Origin: Alphaproteobacteria bacterium
GTDB lineage: Bacteria > Pseudomonadota > Alphaproteobacteria > RF32 > CAG-239
Direction of reading: 5' to 3'
Length of the DNA stretch: 64,000 nucleotides
NCBI GenBank assembly: GCA_045630985.1
Contig: JAZQTW010000015.1
Span: 10,706 to 74,705 of the forward strand
The notes below the pieces were generated by a model. It searched no databases, had not been told where the DNA came from, and saw nothing but the letters and a program-made list of their open reading frames with translations. This document shows, one piece after another, positions 39,251 to 47,246 of the stretch (its first letter is position 1; every line of letters begins with the position of its first letter). The position numbers and the translations under genes are program-made.

Positions 39251-39718
39251 ATGAGAAATGCTGTTGCAAATACAAGTCAAAATAATCACGATTTGTCGGT
39301 TTCTCACAGTCCAACAGATTTCAGAAGCCTGATGAATTATTTTTGGAATTTTATGGATAATTCAAATTCAGAATTTTCGGATTTATCACCTAAAATTCAG
39401 GTTACTGAAAATAAAGATGCTGTTAAAATTACTGCGGAAATACCTGGTATCAATGAAAAAGATATTGATTTGAAGGTATCTTCTGATGGTTTTTTAAGCA
39501 TTAGTGGTGAGAAAAAGAATGAATTAAGTGAGAAGACCAAAGATAATTATTTTTCTGAAATCTCGTATGGTATGTTTAAGCGTACCATACAGCTTCCATG
39601 GGATTTGGATTATAATGCAACAAATGCCGTGTATAATAATGGTTTATTGATTGTATCTATTCCAAAATCTCAAACAGAGAAGCAAAAGTTTAAGAAAATT
39701 GATGTTGCTAAATCTTAG
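39251..39718 (+). CDS. Hsp20/alpha-crystallin family small heat-shock protein
   Basis: alpha-crystallin domain (…VKITAEIPGINEKDIDLKVSSDGFLSISGEKK…FKRTIQLPW…); GGGAG RBS. Confidence 0.85.
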   Translation: MRNAVANTSQNNHDLSVSHSPTDFRSLMNYFWNFMDNSNSEFSDLSPKIQVTENKDAVKITAEIPGINEKDIDLKVSSDGFLSISGEKKNELSEKTKDNYFSEISYGMFKRTIQLPWDLDYNATNAVYNNGLLIVSIPKSQTEKQKFKKIDVAKS

Positions 39719-39750
39719 TATTTAGTAATGTATAGTTTCTAAACTTTTAC

Positions 39751-39780
39751 GGCCACTACAGATTATAGTGGCCGGTTTTT
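39751..39780. terminator. bidirectional intrinsic terminator (hsp20 + / methyltransferase -)
   Basis: GGCCACTA-cagatta-TAGTGGCC + GGTTTTT. Confidence 0.75.
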
Positions 39781-40452
39781 CTATTTTAGCTTAGTTGCTA
39801 CAACTTTTTGATATATTCCACCAAAATAAGTTTGTTTTGACCAATTACATATTTCTGCATTTGGTGTTAAGTCTTTTATATTATTTTTCCATAATGCTTC
39901 GGCAAAAGGTTGGTATAATCTATTATAGGCACGTATAATGTATTTTAGCGGATTGTAATGATTAGGTAAATTATAGTCTATAAAAATTACCTTTCCGCCT
40001 GTTTTTAGTGAGTTTATTATGTTTTCTAACACTTTTGTACGTGTTAAAGGTGGGAGTTCATGTAATAACATATAGCAAATTATGGTATCATATTCTTCTT
40101 TGATAGTGTTTTTTGCATTGGCTTCAATAAAGTTTATTCTTTGGTCTAAGTGTTTTTCTTTGCAGTTTTCTATTACATTGGGCAAAATATCTATTATTGT
40201 ATATGAGCCGAGCATGCCTAGTGCTGAATATGTCTTATCTATTTGAGAGCCAAAAGTTGCACCAATTTGTAATATTTTTGAATGAGGCGATATTTCCTTT
40301 TTTAATTCATCAGTTAAAGTGTTATGATACCCTAAAGTTAGTATGTTTTGAATAATTCCATTATCTAAAAAATTATATAGATAAGAATTTAGATATAGAT
40401 TTTTATATATTTTAGTTAGATATGCAGGTATTTTTTTTGCTGATTTAGTCAT
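39781..40452 (-). CDS. class I SAM-dependent methyltransferase
   Basis: Rossmann-fold MTase motif I region (ILQIGATFGSQ), motif post-I acidic residue; co-oriented directly after response regulator. Confidence 0.65.
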   Translation of the reverse strand: MTKSAKKIPAYLTKIYKNLYLNSYLYNFLDNGIIQNILTLGYHNTLTDELKKEISPHSKILQIGATFGSQIDKTYSALGMLGSYTIIDILPNVIENCKEKHLDQRINFIEANAKNTIKEEYDTIICYMLLHELPPLTRTKVLENIINSLKTGGKVIFIDYNLPNHYNPLKYIIRAYNRLYQPFAEALWKNNIKDLTPNAEICNWSKQTYFGGIYQKVVATKLK

Positions 40453-41160
40453 TTATTCCTCTGTGTTGTTTTCAGATATATAACCACGTTTTGCAGCTTC
40501 TATGATTGCTGATGTACGGTTTTTTACATTTAAGATTTTTAATATAACCGTGATGTGAACTTTTACAGTTCCTTCTTTAAGGTTTAGTTTGTAAGCAATT
40601 TGCTTATTTGAAAGACCTTCTGCTATGCATTTTACTATTTCTACTTGTCTTTCTGTTAATCCCTTTTGAGGAGAATCTGGAGTTTTTTCAGATAATTTTT
40701 TAAGTGTTTTTAGTGGGGAATAATATTCTTGTTGCTTTTCTTCTGCAGGTGATATGGGTTTTGCAGAATATAGCAATTCGTGAGGGATATATACTCCGCC
40801 TGCAATAACTAAGTTTATGGCACTTATGATTAAGTTGTTTGGAGAGGTTTTAGGAATATATCCAGCAACACCAATATCTAGTGTTTGTTGTAAAATTTCT
40901 TTATCAAATACGGCAGAAATGATTATAATTGGGGTTTCTGGTAGTGTGGTATGTATTTGTTTAATAGCATTTAACCAGTTAGCTCCAGGCATGGCAAGGT
41001 CAGTAATTACCAAGTCAAAAGAGTTATCTTCTTTTATGATTGAGAAGATTTCGTTATAATCTCTGGCTGTTACAAGTTCTAGGTTTTGAACATTATCAGT
41101 GAGAATAAATTCTAAACCTTTTAAAAATAATTCATGATCATCTGCGATTAATATTTTCAT
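40453..41160 (-). CDS. response regulator, NarL/FixJ (LuxR-HTH) family, no adjacent sensor kinase
   Basis: REC domain MKILIADDHELFLKGL... with phospho-acceptor Asp (ITDLAMPG), C-terminal LuxR HTH (LTERQVEIVKCIAEGLSNKQIAYKL…TVKVH). Confidence 0.85.
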   Translation of the reverse strand: MKILIADDHELFLKGLEFILTDNVQNLELVTARDYNEIFSIIKEDNSFDLVITDLAMPGANWLNAIKQIHTTLPETPIIIISAVFDKEILQQTLDIGVAGYIPKTSPNNLIISAINLVIAGGVYIPHELLYSAKPISPAEEKQQEYYSPLKTLKKLSEKTPDSPQKGLTERQVEIVKCIAEGLSNKQIAYKLNLKEGTVKVHITVILKILNVKNRTSAIIEAAKRGYISENNTEE

Positions 41161-41892
41161 TTATTTACTCCAATCTCCAGAAATTAATTGCCAACAAGAA
41201 AGTGCTGATGTTGCAGCTGTTTCTGCTCGTAATATTCTTGGTCCTAATGTTGCGCCTTTGCAGAAAGGTAGTTTTCTTAATAATGATAATTCTTCTTTAT
41301 CAAAACCGCCCTCTGGTCCAATTAATATTGCAGATTTTATTGTTGGGTTTTCTTTTAATGTTTGTAAAAAGTTTTTACTTTCTAAAGTTTCATCCATAAA
41401 GAACAATGTTCTTTCTTTATCCCAGTTTTCTAGAAGTGTTTTTAGAGGTGTTGCTTCAGAAATTTCTGGTAAATCTGTTCTACGGCATTGTTCTGCTGCT
41501 TCTATACTTTGTGCCATATAACGTTGAGTTTTTACATTTGAAGTTATTGTATATTTTGTAATAGTTGGAATGATTTTGCGACAACCCAATTCTGTTGCTT
41601 TTTCTATTACAAAATCTGTTTTATCTTTTTTTAGCGGTGCAAATAACAACCAAACATCTGGGCAAATATATAAATCTTTAGTTTTTTCTGTAACAATAAG
41701 TGTTGTTTTCTTTTTGCCTAAATCAGTGATTTCACATAAATATTCCCCAGTTTGATTGTCAAAGCAGGCAAGAGTGTCGCCTGTAGAGTATTTAACAACA
41801 TTTTTGAGGTAGTGTGTTTGTTCCTCTTCAAGAATGATTGTTTTGTTTAGTTCTAGCTTTTCGTTTACATATAATCTGAAATTTTTTGCCAT
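41161..41892 (-). CDS. rsmE: 16S rRNA (uracil1498-N3)-methyltransferase RsmE
   Basis: PUA-like N-terminus (RLYV…) and SPOUT C-terminal domain (ILIGPEGGF) typical of RsmE. Confidence 0.8.
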   Translation of the reverse strand: MAKNFRLYVNEKLELNKTIILEEEQTHYLKNVVKYSTGDTLACFDNQTGEYLCEITDLGKKKTTLIVTEKTKDLYICPDVWLLFAPLKKDKTDFVIEKATELGCRKIIPTITKYTITSNVKTQRYMAQSIEAAEQCRRTDLPEISEATPLKTLLENWDKERTLFFMDETLESKNFLQTLKENPTIKSAILIGPEGGFDKEELSLLRKLPFCKGATLGPRILRAETAATSALSCWQLISGDWSK

Positions 41893-41988
41893 TGTTTATT
41901 CTTTGCATAAAGTTGTTTTAATGCTACCATATTAGCGAATATGTGTTAAAGAATAGATAATATTTTGTTTTTATATGTTGAGGGACAA

Positions 41989-42645
41989 ATGATTATTACA
42001 ATAGATGGTCCAGCGGCGGCTGGTAAAGGTACGCTTTCTCAAAAATTGGCAGAAAAATATTGTTTGGCGTATTTTGATACAGGAATGGTTTATCGTGCTG
42101 TTGGGTTACAAATGTTGTTAAAAAACATAGACTTGTCTAATGTTGAAGCAGCAGAAAAAGAGGCTGAAGAACTTACTTTTTCTAGTATGATGGCGTTATC
42201 TAAAAATAAGGATTTTCGTTCAGCACAAGGAGGAATGGCTGCTTCTGTTGTTTCTAGTTATGGTGGAGTTCGCTCAAGATTGTTGGATATGCAACGTAAT
42301 TTTGCAAAGAATCCTACTTATGCAGATGGAACACCAGCAAAAGGTGTTGTTTATGATGGAAGAGATACTGGTACAGTTATTTGTCCGCAAGCTGATATTA
42401 AGTTTTTTGTAACAGCAACTCCAGAAATTAGAGCTCAAAGAAGATATGATGAGTTTATTGCTAAAGGTATGGATGCAAAATATGAAGATGTTTTGAAAGA
42501 TGTTAAAATTAGAGATGAGCGTGATGCGAATCGAAAAGATGCTCCTATGAAACCTGCTGAAGATGCTATAATTTTAGATACTTCTGATTTAGGCATTGAA
42601 GAGGTTTTTCAAAAAACAGTATCTTTGATTGAAGAAAGAATATAG
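41989..42645 (+). CDS. cmk: (d)CMP kinase
   Basis: MIITIDGPAAAGKGTLSQKLA P-loop N-terminus; start at ATG 41989 rather than track 41965. Confidence 0.9.
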   Translation: MIITIDGPAAAGKGTLSQKLAEKYCLAYFDTGMVYRAVGLQMLLKNIDLSNVEAAEKEAEELTFSSMMALSKNKDFRSAQGGMAASVVSSYGGVRSRLLDMQRNFAKNPTYADGTPAKGVVYDGRDTGTVICPQADIKFFVTATPEIRAQRRYDEFIAKGMDAKYEDVLKDVKIRDERDANRKDAPMKPAEDAIILDTSDLGIEEVFQKTVSLIEERI

Positions 42646-42660
42646 TTGTAATTTAATTTG

Positions 42661-42676
42661 TTGACAAATTTGTCAA
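42661..42676. promoter_or_regulatory. perfect 16-bp palindrome TTGACAAATTTGTCAA overlapping a -35-like TTGACA; candidate operator/promoter for the 422-aa orphan gene
   Basis: exact self-complementarity; TTGACA-17nt-TAGGGT arrangement; followed by GGGTTCTC...GAGAACCC hairpin (42686-42716). Confidence 0.4.
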
Positions 42677-42693
42677 ATTAATGTAGGGTTCTC

Positions 42694-43962
42694 TTGATTT
42701 TGATTAGGAGAACCCTTTTGAATATAGAAGAATATTATGATAAGTTAAAAAAAGAGCGTAAAGGAAAGAGTTTTGCTTTTTTAGCTGAACGTGTTGAGAA
42801 ATCTGCTGATGCCCCTTATGGTATAGCTGTTGCTAGACCTATTGAACCAGATGATGTTGTTGTTTTATTTTTAGCTGGTAATGGTGGTAAAGGTAAGCAT
42901 TTAAAAGAATATAATGGGTATCTTAAAAAGGTTGATGATTTTATAAAACAACAAAAAGAATTTGCAGGTAAGAGTGTTAGGGTTTGTATTGCTGTGTGTG
43001 ATATTGGAGAGTATCATAGACCTAAGCTGGCTAGAGATTTGTTGTATTATGAGGCATGGAAAGCTACAGAATATACTGAAGCTGATTTAAGAGGTGCTTC
43101 GGATGTTGTGAAAGAAGAAAATATAAATCCAAGCTATATTAAAGATATTTATGATTTGGCTATAAAGCCAAAAGTTGAAGCAGGTGGTTCTGATTTAAGA
43201 GCTATGCGTTATTATATGCGCACAATTACTGCAGTTACTCATTGTCATGGTGGATATGTAAATTTGCGCATGGAACAATTGCTTAATAATGATTTGAAAA
43301 AAAATGGCTTTAACAAAATAGAACGGGATTTAATATTTAGACGTGTTTTTTCTGTAAACTATTCGCCTGATGCTCCTGTTTGGTTGGCCAAATCAAATTA
43401 TGTTTGTATAGAATCGGCTCAAGATGATCATGCTCAATATCAATCTAAATTAAAAGAATATTTTCAAATGACACATCCTGATTTTGGTTTAATAATGCTT
43501 CCCTCTATAAATAACACTAGGATATTTATGTGTGCACAGGTTGATAAAGCAGGGGTTGAAGGTAATCCTAAGAGAAAAAAAGAATTGCTTAGAGAAGAGT
43601 TTGGGGTTAAATATTATGGATATAAAGATGTTGACCCCGAAGATATTGGAGAGCACGACTTTTTAGGATTTAAAAAAGTAAAAAATATGAGTAAAAGTGC
43701 TATAAAAATGCAGACATTTGCAAATAATATTTTGCGAGGTTCTATTAGAAATTCTTTAAAACAAACAAAAGATAAATTATCGTTAACACCAAATGTTATG
43801 AGATTGGCATCTGAAACACCAAAACAATTTGCAGAGTTTGTAAAAGCATTTATAAAATCTCAAAGAGAAGTTATTAGATGTCAATTTACTAATAAAAAAG
43901 AGTTAGCTGCTTTTATGGAATGGCATCAAAACTGTAGAGTATCTAAGGAAGATGAGTTATAA
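42694..43962 (+). CDS. hypothetical protein, 422 aa, no recognised domain (abuts 3' end of tRNA-Arg)
   Basis: long ORF; track start is a TTG inside a hairpin so true start uncertain; stop 4 nt from tRNA-Arg 3' end. Confidence 0.5.
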   Translation: MILIRRTLLNIEEYYDKLKKERKGKSFAFLAERVEKSADAPYGIAVARPIEPDDVVVLFLAGNGGKGKHLKEYNGYLKKVDDFIKQQKEFAGKSVRVCIAVCDIGEYHRPKLARDLLYYEAWKATEYTEADLRGASDVVKEENINPSYIKDIYDLAIKPKVEAGGSDLRAMRYYMRTITAVTHCHGGYVNLRMEQLLNNDLKKNGFNKIERDLIFRRVFSVNYSPDAPVWLAKSNYVCIESAQDDHAQYQSKLKEYFQMTHPDFGLIMLPSINNTRIFMCAQVDKAGVEGNPKRKKELLREEFGVKYYGYKDVDPEDIGEHDFLGFKKVKNMSKSAIKMQTFANNILRGSIRNSLKQTKDKLSLTPNVMRLASETPKQFAEFVKAFIKSQREVIRCQFTNKKELAAFMEWHQNCRVSKEDEL

Positions 43963-43966
43963 AGGG

Positions 43967-44043
43967 TGGTGTACCCGGCGAGGTTCGAACTCGCAACCTT
44001 TGGCGTCGGAGGCCAAAACTCTATCCAGTTGAGCTACGGGTAC
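43967..44043 (-). tRNA. tRNA-Arg (anticodon CCG)
   Basis: reverse complement GTACCCG-TA-GCTCAACTGGATAGAGT-T-TTGGC-CTCCGAC-GCCAA-AGGTT-GCGAG-TTCGAAC-CTCGC-CGGGTAC-A-CCA; perfect 7-bp acceptor stem. Confidence 0.85.
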
Positions 44044-44186
44044 TTTTTATTCTAAGAATTATGTTTTATATTACGAAAATCGTAAAAAATCTAGTTTTTT
44101 TTAATGTTTTTTAGAAGATTTTGCTTGACTTATTAGTATTATGTTTGTATGTATGAGCAAAAGTTTTTTGAGTAAAGGATAAGAAA

Positions 44187-44471
44187 ATGGCTAAGAAATG
44201 TGAAATTTCAGGCACTGGCGTTATGAGCGGTAACAACGTTAGCCACGCTAACAACAGAACTCGTCGTCGCTTTTTGCCTAACTTACAAGTAGTTTCTCTT
44301 TTGAGTGAAGCTTTGGGTAAAGTATATAAATTGAGAATCTGCACAAAGACTCTTCGTTCTATTGAACACAAAGGTGGTCTTGATGCTTATTTGATGAATA
44401 CTCCAGATAGCAAACTTTCTGAAGAAGCTAAAAAAATTAAAAAAGTTGTTGCTGGTAAAGTTTCAGCATAA
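44187..44471 (+). CDS. rpmB: 50S ribosomal protein L28
   Basis: MAKKCEISGTGVMSGNNVSHANNRTRRRFLPNLQ matches L28 N-terminal signature. Confidence 0.85.
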   Translation: MAKKCEISGTGVMSGNNVSHANNRTRRRFLPNLQVVSLLSEALGKVYKLRICTKTLRSIEHKGGLDAYLMNTPDSKLSEEAKKIKKVVAGKVSA

Positions 44472-44494
44472 TTGCATTTTAGATGTAAGTTTAT

Positions 44495-44522
44495 AGGTCG
44501 CTTTAAGGCGACCTTTTTTTGT
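44495..44522 (+). terminator. intrinsic terminator of rpmB
   Basis: AGGTCGC-tttaag-GCGACCT + TTTTTTTG. Confidence 0.75.
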
Positions 44523-44587
44523 GATGAAAAACAATATAAAATATACTTGCTTTTTGGCTTACTAAGATATATAAGCTTGGTAGATAT

Positions 44588-44664
44588 CGGAATGTAGTTC
44601 AGCCTGGTAGAGCGCTTGCATGGGGTGCAAGAAGTCGGAGGTTCGAATCCTCTCATTCCGACCA
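44588..44664 (+). tRNA. tRNA-Pro (anticodon GGG)
   Basis: CGGAATG acceptor, AGCCTGGTAGAGC D-arm, anticodon loop ATGGGGT (G37), GGAGGTTCGAATCCTCT T-arm, CATTCCG-A-CCA. Confidence 0.85.
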
Positions 44665-44668
44665 TAAA

Positions 44669-44700
44669 AAAGTCCTACCCTTGTGGTAGGATTTTTTTAT
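44669..44700 (+). terminator. intrinsic terminator after tRNA-Pro
   Basis: TCCTACC-cttgt-GGTAGGA + TTTTTTTAT. Confidence 0.75.
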
Positions 44701-44725
44701 GGTATGAGGTTAGAAGCTCCGAGGA

Positions 44726-44835
44726 AGGAGGTTCGACTACAAGTGAAAGGTGGACGGAAGAACACCGGTCAGCTGAAAGCTGATGAGCGCCAGTGCGATT
44801 GAGTGAAACGAAAATCAATCCTCTCATTCCGACCA
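44726..44835 (+). pseudogene. 3'-half pseudo-tRNA-Pro: variable loop and T-stem 5' strand (GAAGGAGGTTCGA), an ~80-nt insertion in the T loop, then an exact T-stem 3' strand + acceptor 3' strand + CCA
   Basis: GAAGGAGGTTCGA (44726-44738) matches tRNA GAAGTCGGAGGTTCGA with a 2-nt deletion; AATCCTCTCATTCCGACCA (44817-44835) is identical to tRNA-Pro 44646-44664. Confidence 0.5.
44817..44835 (+). repeat. direct repeat copy B of tRNA-Pro 3' end (19/19 nt)
   Basis: AATCCTCTCATTCCGACCA identical to 44646-44664. Confidence 0.85.
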
Positions 44836-44845
44836 ACTATATAAC

Positions 44846-44880
44846 ATAGTATGTGCATGCATACTATGGTATTTTTTTGA
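44846..44880 (+). terminator. intrinsic terminator (24-nt perfect palindrome + T-run)
   Basis: CATAGTATGTGCATGCATACTATG followed by GTATTTTTTTG. Confidence 0.65.
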
Positions 44881-44941
44881 GAAAATACTTGCATTATATT
44901 GCTGTTTAATTTAAATTTGAAGTGATTGGAGAAAAAATAGT

Positions 44942-45586
44942 ATGAAGGATATCATCCACACCGAACGGTTGTATTTAACCCCATTAAATAAAAAGGATGT
45001 CGCGCGCTATGTCCAAATCGCAAAAAATATGCGCATTGCCAAGGAGAAAAATCCCAGCTATTTTTTATACACGCGATTTGATTACAATTCAGCAAAAAGT
45101 GATGCTGATTTGACAGAGGCTGCCATGGGGCTTTTAACAAGTGCAGAAAAATCAATATTTCCAGAAACTACAAAACGTTTGAATATTTGTTTGAAAAATG
45201 GGTATATTATAGGTTATATTGGTTTTTTTCATAATCCTGATCAGAAAATTAGCAGTGATTTGGGCATTTTTTTAGACCCAAATTATGAGCATAAAGGATA
45301 TGCATTTGAAGCCCAGAAAAACTTATTGGCTTATTATTTTCTAAATTATGATGATAAAATTTACCTAACAATTTATCCTAAAAATTTGCCCTCATATCAA
45401 TTAAACACAAAATGTGGTGCTGTAAAAATTGACTATAGTGAAACATCGAAATACGGCTCGGAAAGAGATATCTTGGTCATTACTCGGAAAAAATTTATTG
45501 AAACAGTTTTTCAGAAAAAATTTACAACGCCAGAAAAAGAAAAACAATTTTTACTAGATTACTTAAAAATCTATAACAGAATTTAA
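44942..45586 (+). CDS. GNAT-family N-acetyltransferase (RimJ/RimL-like, Acetyltransf_3-type)
   Basis: TERLYLTPLNKKD N-terminal motif of RimL-like GNATs, acetyl-CoA region …GYIGF…DLGIFLDPNYEHKGYAFEA; GGAG RBS. Confidence 0.7.
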   Translation: MKDIIHTERLYLTPLNKKDVARYVQIAKNMRIAKEKNPSYFLYTRFDYNSAKSDADLTEAAMGLLTSAEKSIFPETTKRLNICLKNGYIIGYIGFFHNPDQKISSDLGIFLDPNYEHKGYAFEAQKNLLAYYFLNYDDKIYLTIYPKNLPSYQLNTKCGAVKIDYSETSKYGSERDILVITRKKFIETVFQKKFTTPEKEKQFLLDYLKIYNRI

Positions 45587-45649
45587 AGCGTTTAGTGTTA
45601 TAAGAAAAACAGGAATTTTTTGATGGTATCTTTTTCTCGATTTTGGTGG

Positions 45650-45669
45650 CTCATTCCGACCATAAAAAA
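45650..45669 (+). repeat. direct repeat copy C of tRNA-Pro 3' end plus 3' flank (20/20 nt)
   Basis: CTCATTCCGACCATAAAAAA identical to 44652-44671. Confidence 0.85.
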
Positions 45670-45670
45670 A

Positions 45671-45697
45671 GCCACTCTTTATGAGTGGTTTTTTTGT
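45671..45697 (+). terminator. intrinsic terminator following repeat copy C
   Basis: GCCACTC-tttat-GAGTGGT + TTTTTTTG. Confidence 0.65.
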
Positions 45698-45734
45698 TAT
45701 ATTTAACAAGTAACTTTAGCTAATAAAACCAAAA

Positions 45735-45770
45735 GGCTTGGATTTCTCCAAGCCTTTTGGTTTACATAAA
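45735..45770 (-). terminator. intrinsic terminator of the 416-aa gene
   Basis: AAACCAAAAGGCTTGGA-tttct-CCAAGCCTTTTGGTTT long perfect hairpin. Confidence 0.7.
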
Positions 45771-47021
45771 TTATCCTTCTTCGGTTTTACTTTCCAATAT
45801 CTTAAAACCATTTGATATTTCCAGTAATGTAGTCAGCGAAAAATCAGATGTTTTTAATTTTCTTATATCGGAGTAAAGCTTCTCATAATCTCTCTGTACC
45901 GTAGAAATCTTTTTTGAAGTTAGTGAACATTTTTCTACAATCTCGCCCAATTGTGCTTCATAAACCTCTCTATCCTGTGCTATTGCTTTTATCCCAACCT
46001 CATGAGATCTTACCACCATATCATCCCACAGTGGCAAAAATTCCGTACGAAGTATAGAATCCCACTTTTTACAATACCTGTCCTGATAAACATCTTTTAA
46101 TCTATCGCACATCAACCTCTGTATTGAAGTTGACATTAAAGACAAGGTGTGTTGGATACTATTCAAAGCATTAGACATATTAACGGCCAATTTTTCTACA
46201 GCTTCAGCAATAGGAACGGTTAGCTCCAAAACATTATCTGTATAAAATACTGGGAATATAGGATTATGAATATACAACTCATGATGACCTGTTTTGGGTT
46301 TTATCCGACCCGTATCAAAAATTTCTGAATCATCTACTCTTTTAATATTAAAAAAATAGAAATCTTCACAATCATAATCCTCACTCAAAATTTTAGCAAT
46401 TTTTGAATTTGCTTCCTCGTGTGTATCAAAAATAAAACAAGCAAAATAACTACCATAAGGACCATGCATACAATGATTGTTTTTATCAATCATATTATGT
46501 AACAGACTATAAGGATCATAAAGATTTTGTGCAGTAATTCCCATGCTCTTCATGTAGTCTTTTAAGCGGTAGCTACAACACTCTCGTCCTCTGCAATAGT
46601 GATATTTTAAAACCTTGGGTTGTCCGTATATACCATAATAGATTTGCTCATTAAGTTTGAAAAATGAAGGAAATTCTTCAAAAGATTCAACCATACATTT
46701 ATCATGCTCAACAAAACACTCATTAAGAATATCAAAATAAATGTCTTTCCAGATAATTTTCTCTCTCAAATCTTTCATGGTGACACGAACATATTCACTC
46801 TTGCTCTTCTCACCATAATTAACTTGTTTAGGCAACTTATATACTCTGAATTTATATACCATGTTATAGCCATGATTATTTTGCATAAGTATTGGCTGCT
46901 TGAGATTTTTATACCACAGTTTACCAAAAACAAAATGGTACATATTCCACCCATCTTTTTTGCATAAAGAATTTATGAATCTGTACATAAATTCCGGATT
47001 AAGATATTCTTCTCTAACCAT
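45771..47021 (-). CDS. hypothetical protein, 416 aa, Cys/His/Tyr-rich N-half, no recognised domain
   Basis: long ORF; no Shine-Dalgarno; conserved ~100-nt upstream leader shared with the 338-aa gene at 53434..54450. Confidence 0.5.
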   Translation of the reverse strand: MVREEYLNPEFMYRFINSLCKKDGWNMYHFVFGKLWYKNLKQPILMQNNHGYNMVYKFRVYKLPKQVNYGEKSKSEYVRVTMKDLREKIIWKDIYFDILNECFVEHDKCMVESFEEFPSFFKLNEQIYYGIYGQPKVLKYHYCRGRECCSYRLKDYMKSMGITAQNLYDPYSLLHNMIDKNNHCMHGPYGSYFACFIFDTHEEANSKIAKILSEDYDCEDFYFFNIKRVDDSEIFDTGRIKPKTGHHELYIHNPIFPVFYTDNVLELTVPIAEAVEKLAVNMSNALNSIQHTLSLMSTSIQRLMCDRLKDVYQDRYCKKWDSILRTEFLPLWDDMVVRSHEVGIKAIAQDREVYEAQLGEIVEKCSLTSKKISTVQRDYEKLYSDIRKLKTSDFSLTTLLEISNGFKILESKTEEG

Positions 47022-47050
47022 AATAGATAATATTTAAATAGTTTAACATC

Positions 47051-47120
47051 ATAATTTTTAATAGTGGGCAGATGATAATCTATTTTATTATAAAAATCAA
47101 ATGTTTTTATGTCTAATTTT
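47051..47120 (-). promoter_or_regulatory. conserved promoter/5' leader copy 1 (gene-sense: AAAATTAGACATAAAAACATTTGATTTTT … CCACTATTAAAAATTA)
   Basis: box ATAATTTTTAATAGTGG (47051-67) and AAAAATCAAATGTTTTTATGTCTAATTTT (47093-47120) both repeated at 54484-54557; gene-sense -35 TTGATT, 17 nt, -10 TATCAT. Confidence 0.55.
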
Positions 47121-47181
47121 CGGAAAATTGTTGTTTTCTGATTTGTCACTATTTTTTTAAGATATAAAAGTCAAGTTATAG

Positions 47182-47246
47182 CCTAGTGGTCGGTGTATTG
47201 TATTGAAAAACAATAAAAAAATTATTACCACACCTAGTGGGCGGTG
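47182..47246. repeat. two copies of CCTAGTGG(T/G)CGGTG 51 nt apart in a 400-bp non-coding region
   Basis: 47182-47195 and 47233-47246; locally GC-rich in an AT-rich spacer. Confidence 0.5.

Noticed and set aside
44760-44815. Hammerhead ribozyme (CUGAUGA … GAAAC) in the pseudo-tRNA insert
   Set aside because: Only the CUGAUGAG heptamer and a distal GAAAC are present; I could not build canonical stems I-III around them by hand, so it is kept only as a note inside finding 3, not as an ncRNA feature.
44700-44940. Two-piece (permuted) tmRNA gene, as expected in alphaproteobacteria, suggested by a T-arm/CCA-like segment
   Set aside because: No tag-peptide reading frame (…ANDN…AA-stop) or resume codon within 250 nt downstream; the CCA-ending segment is an exact copy of tRNA-Pro rather than a tRNA-Ala-like TLD.
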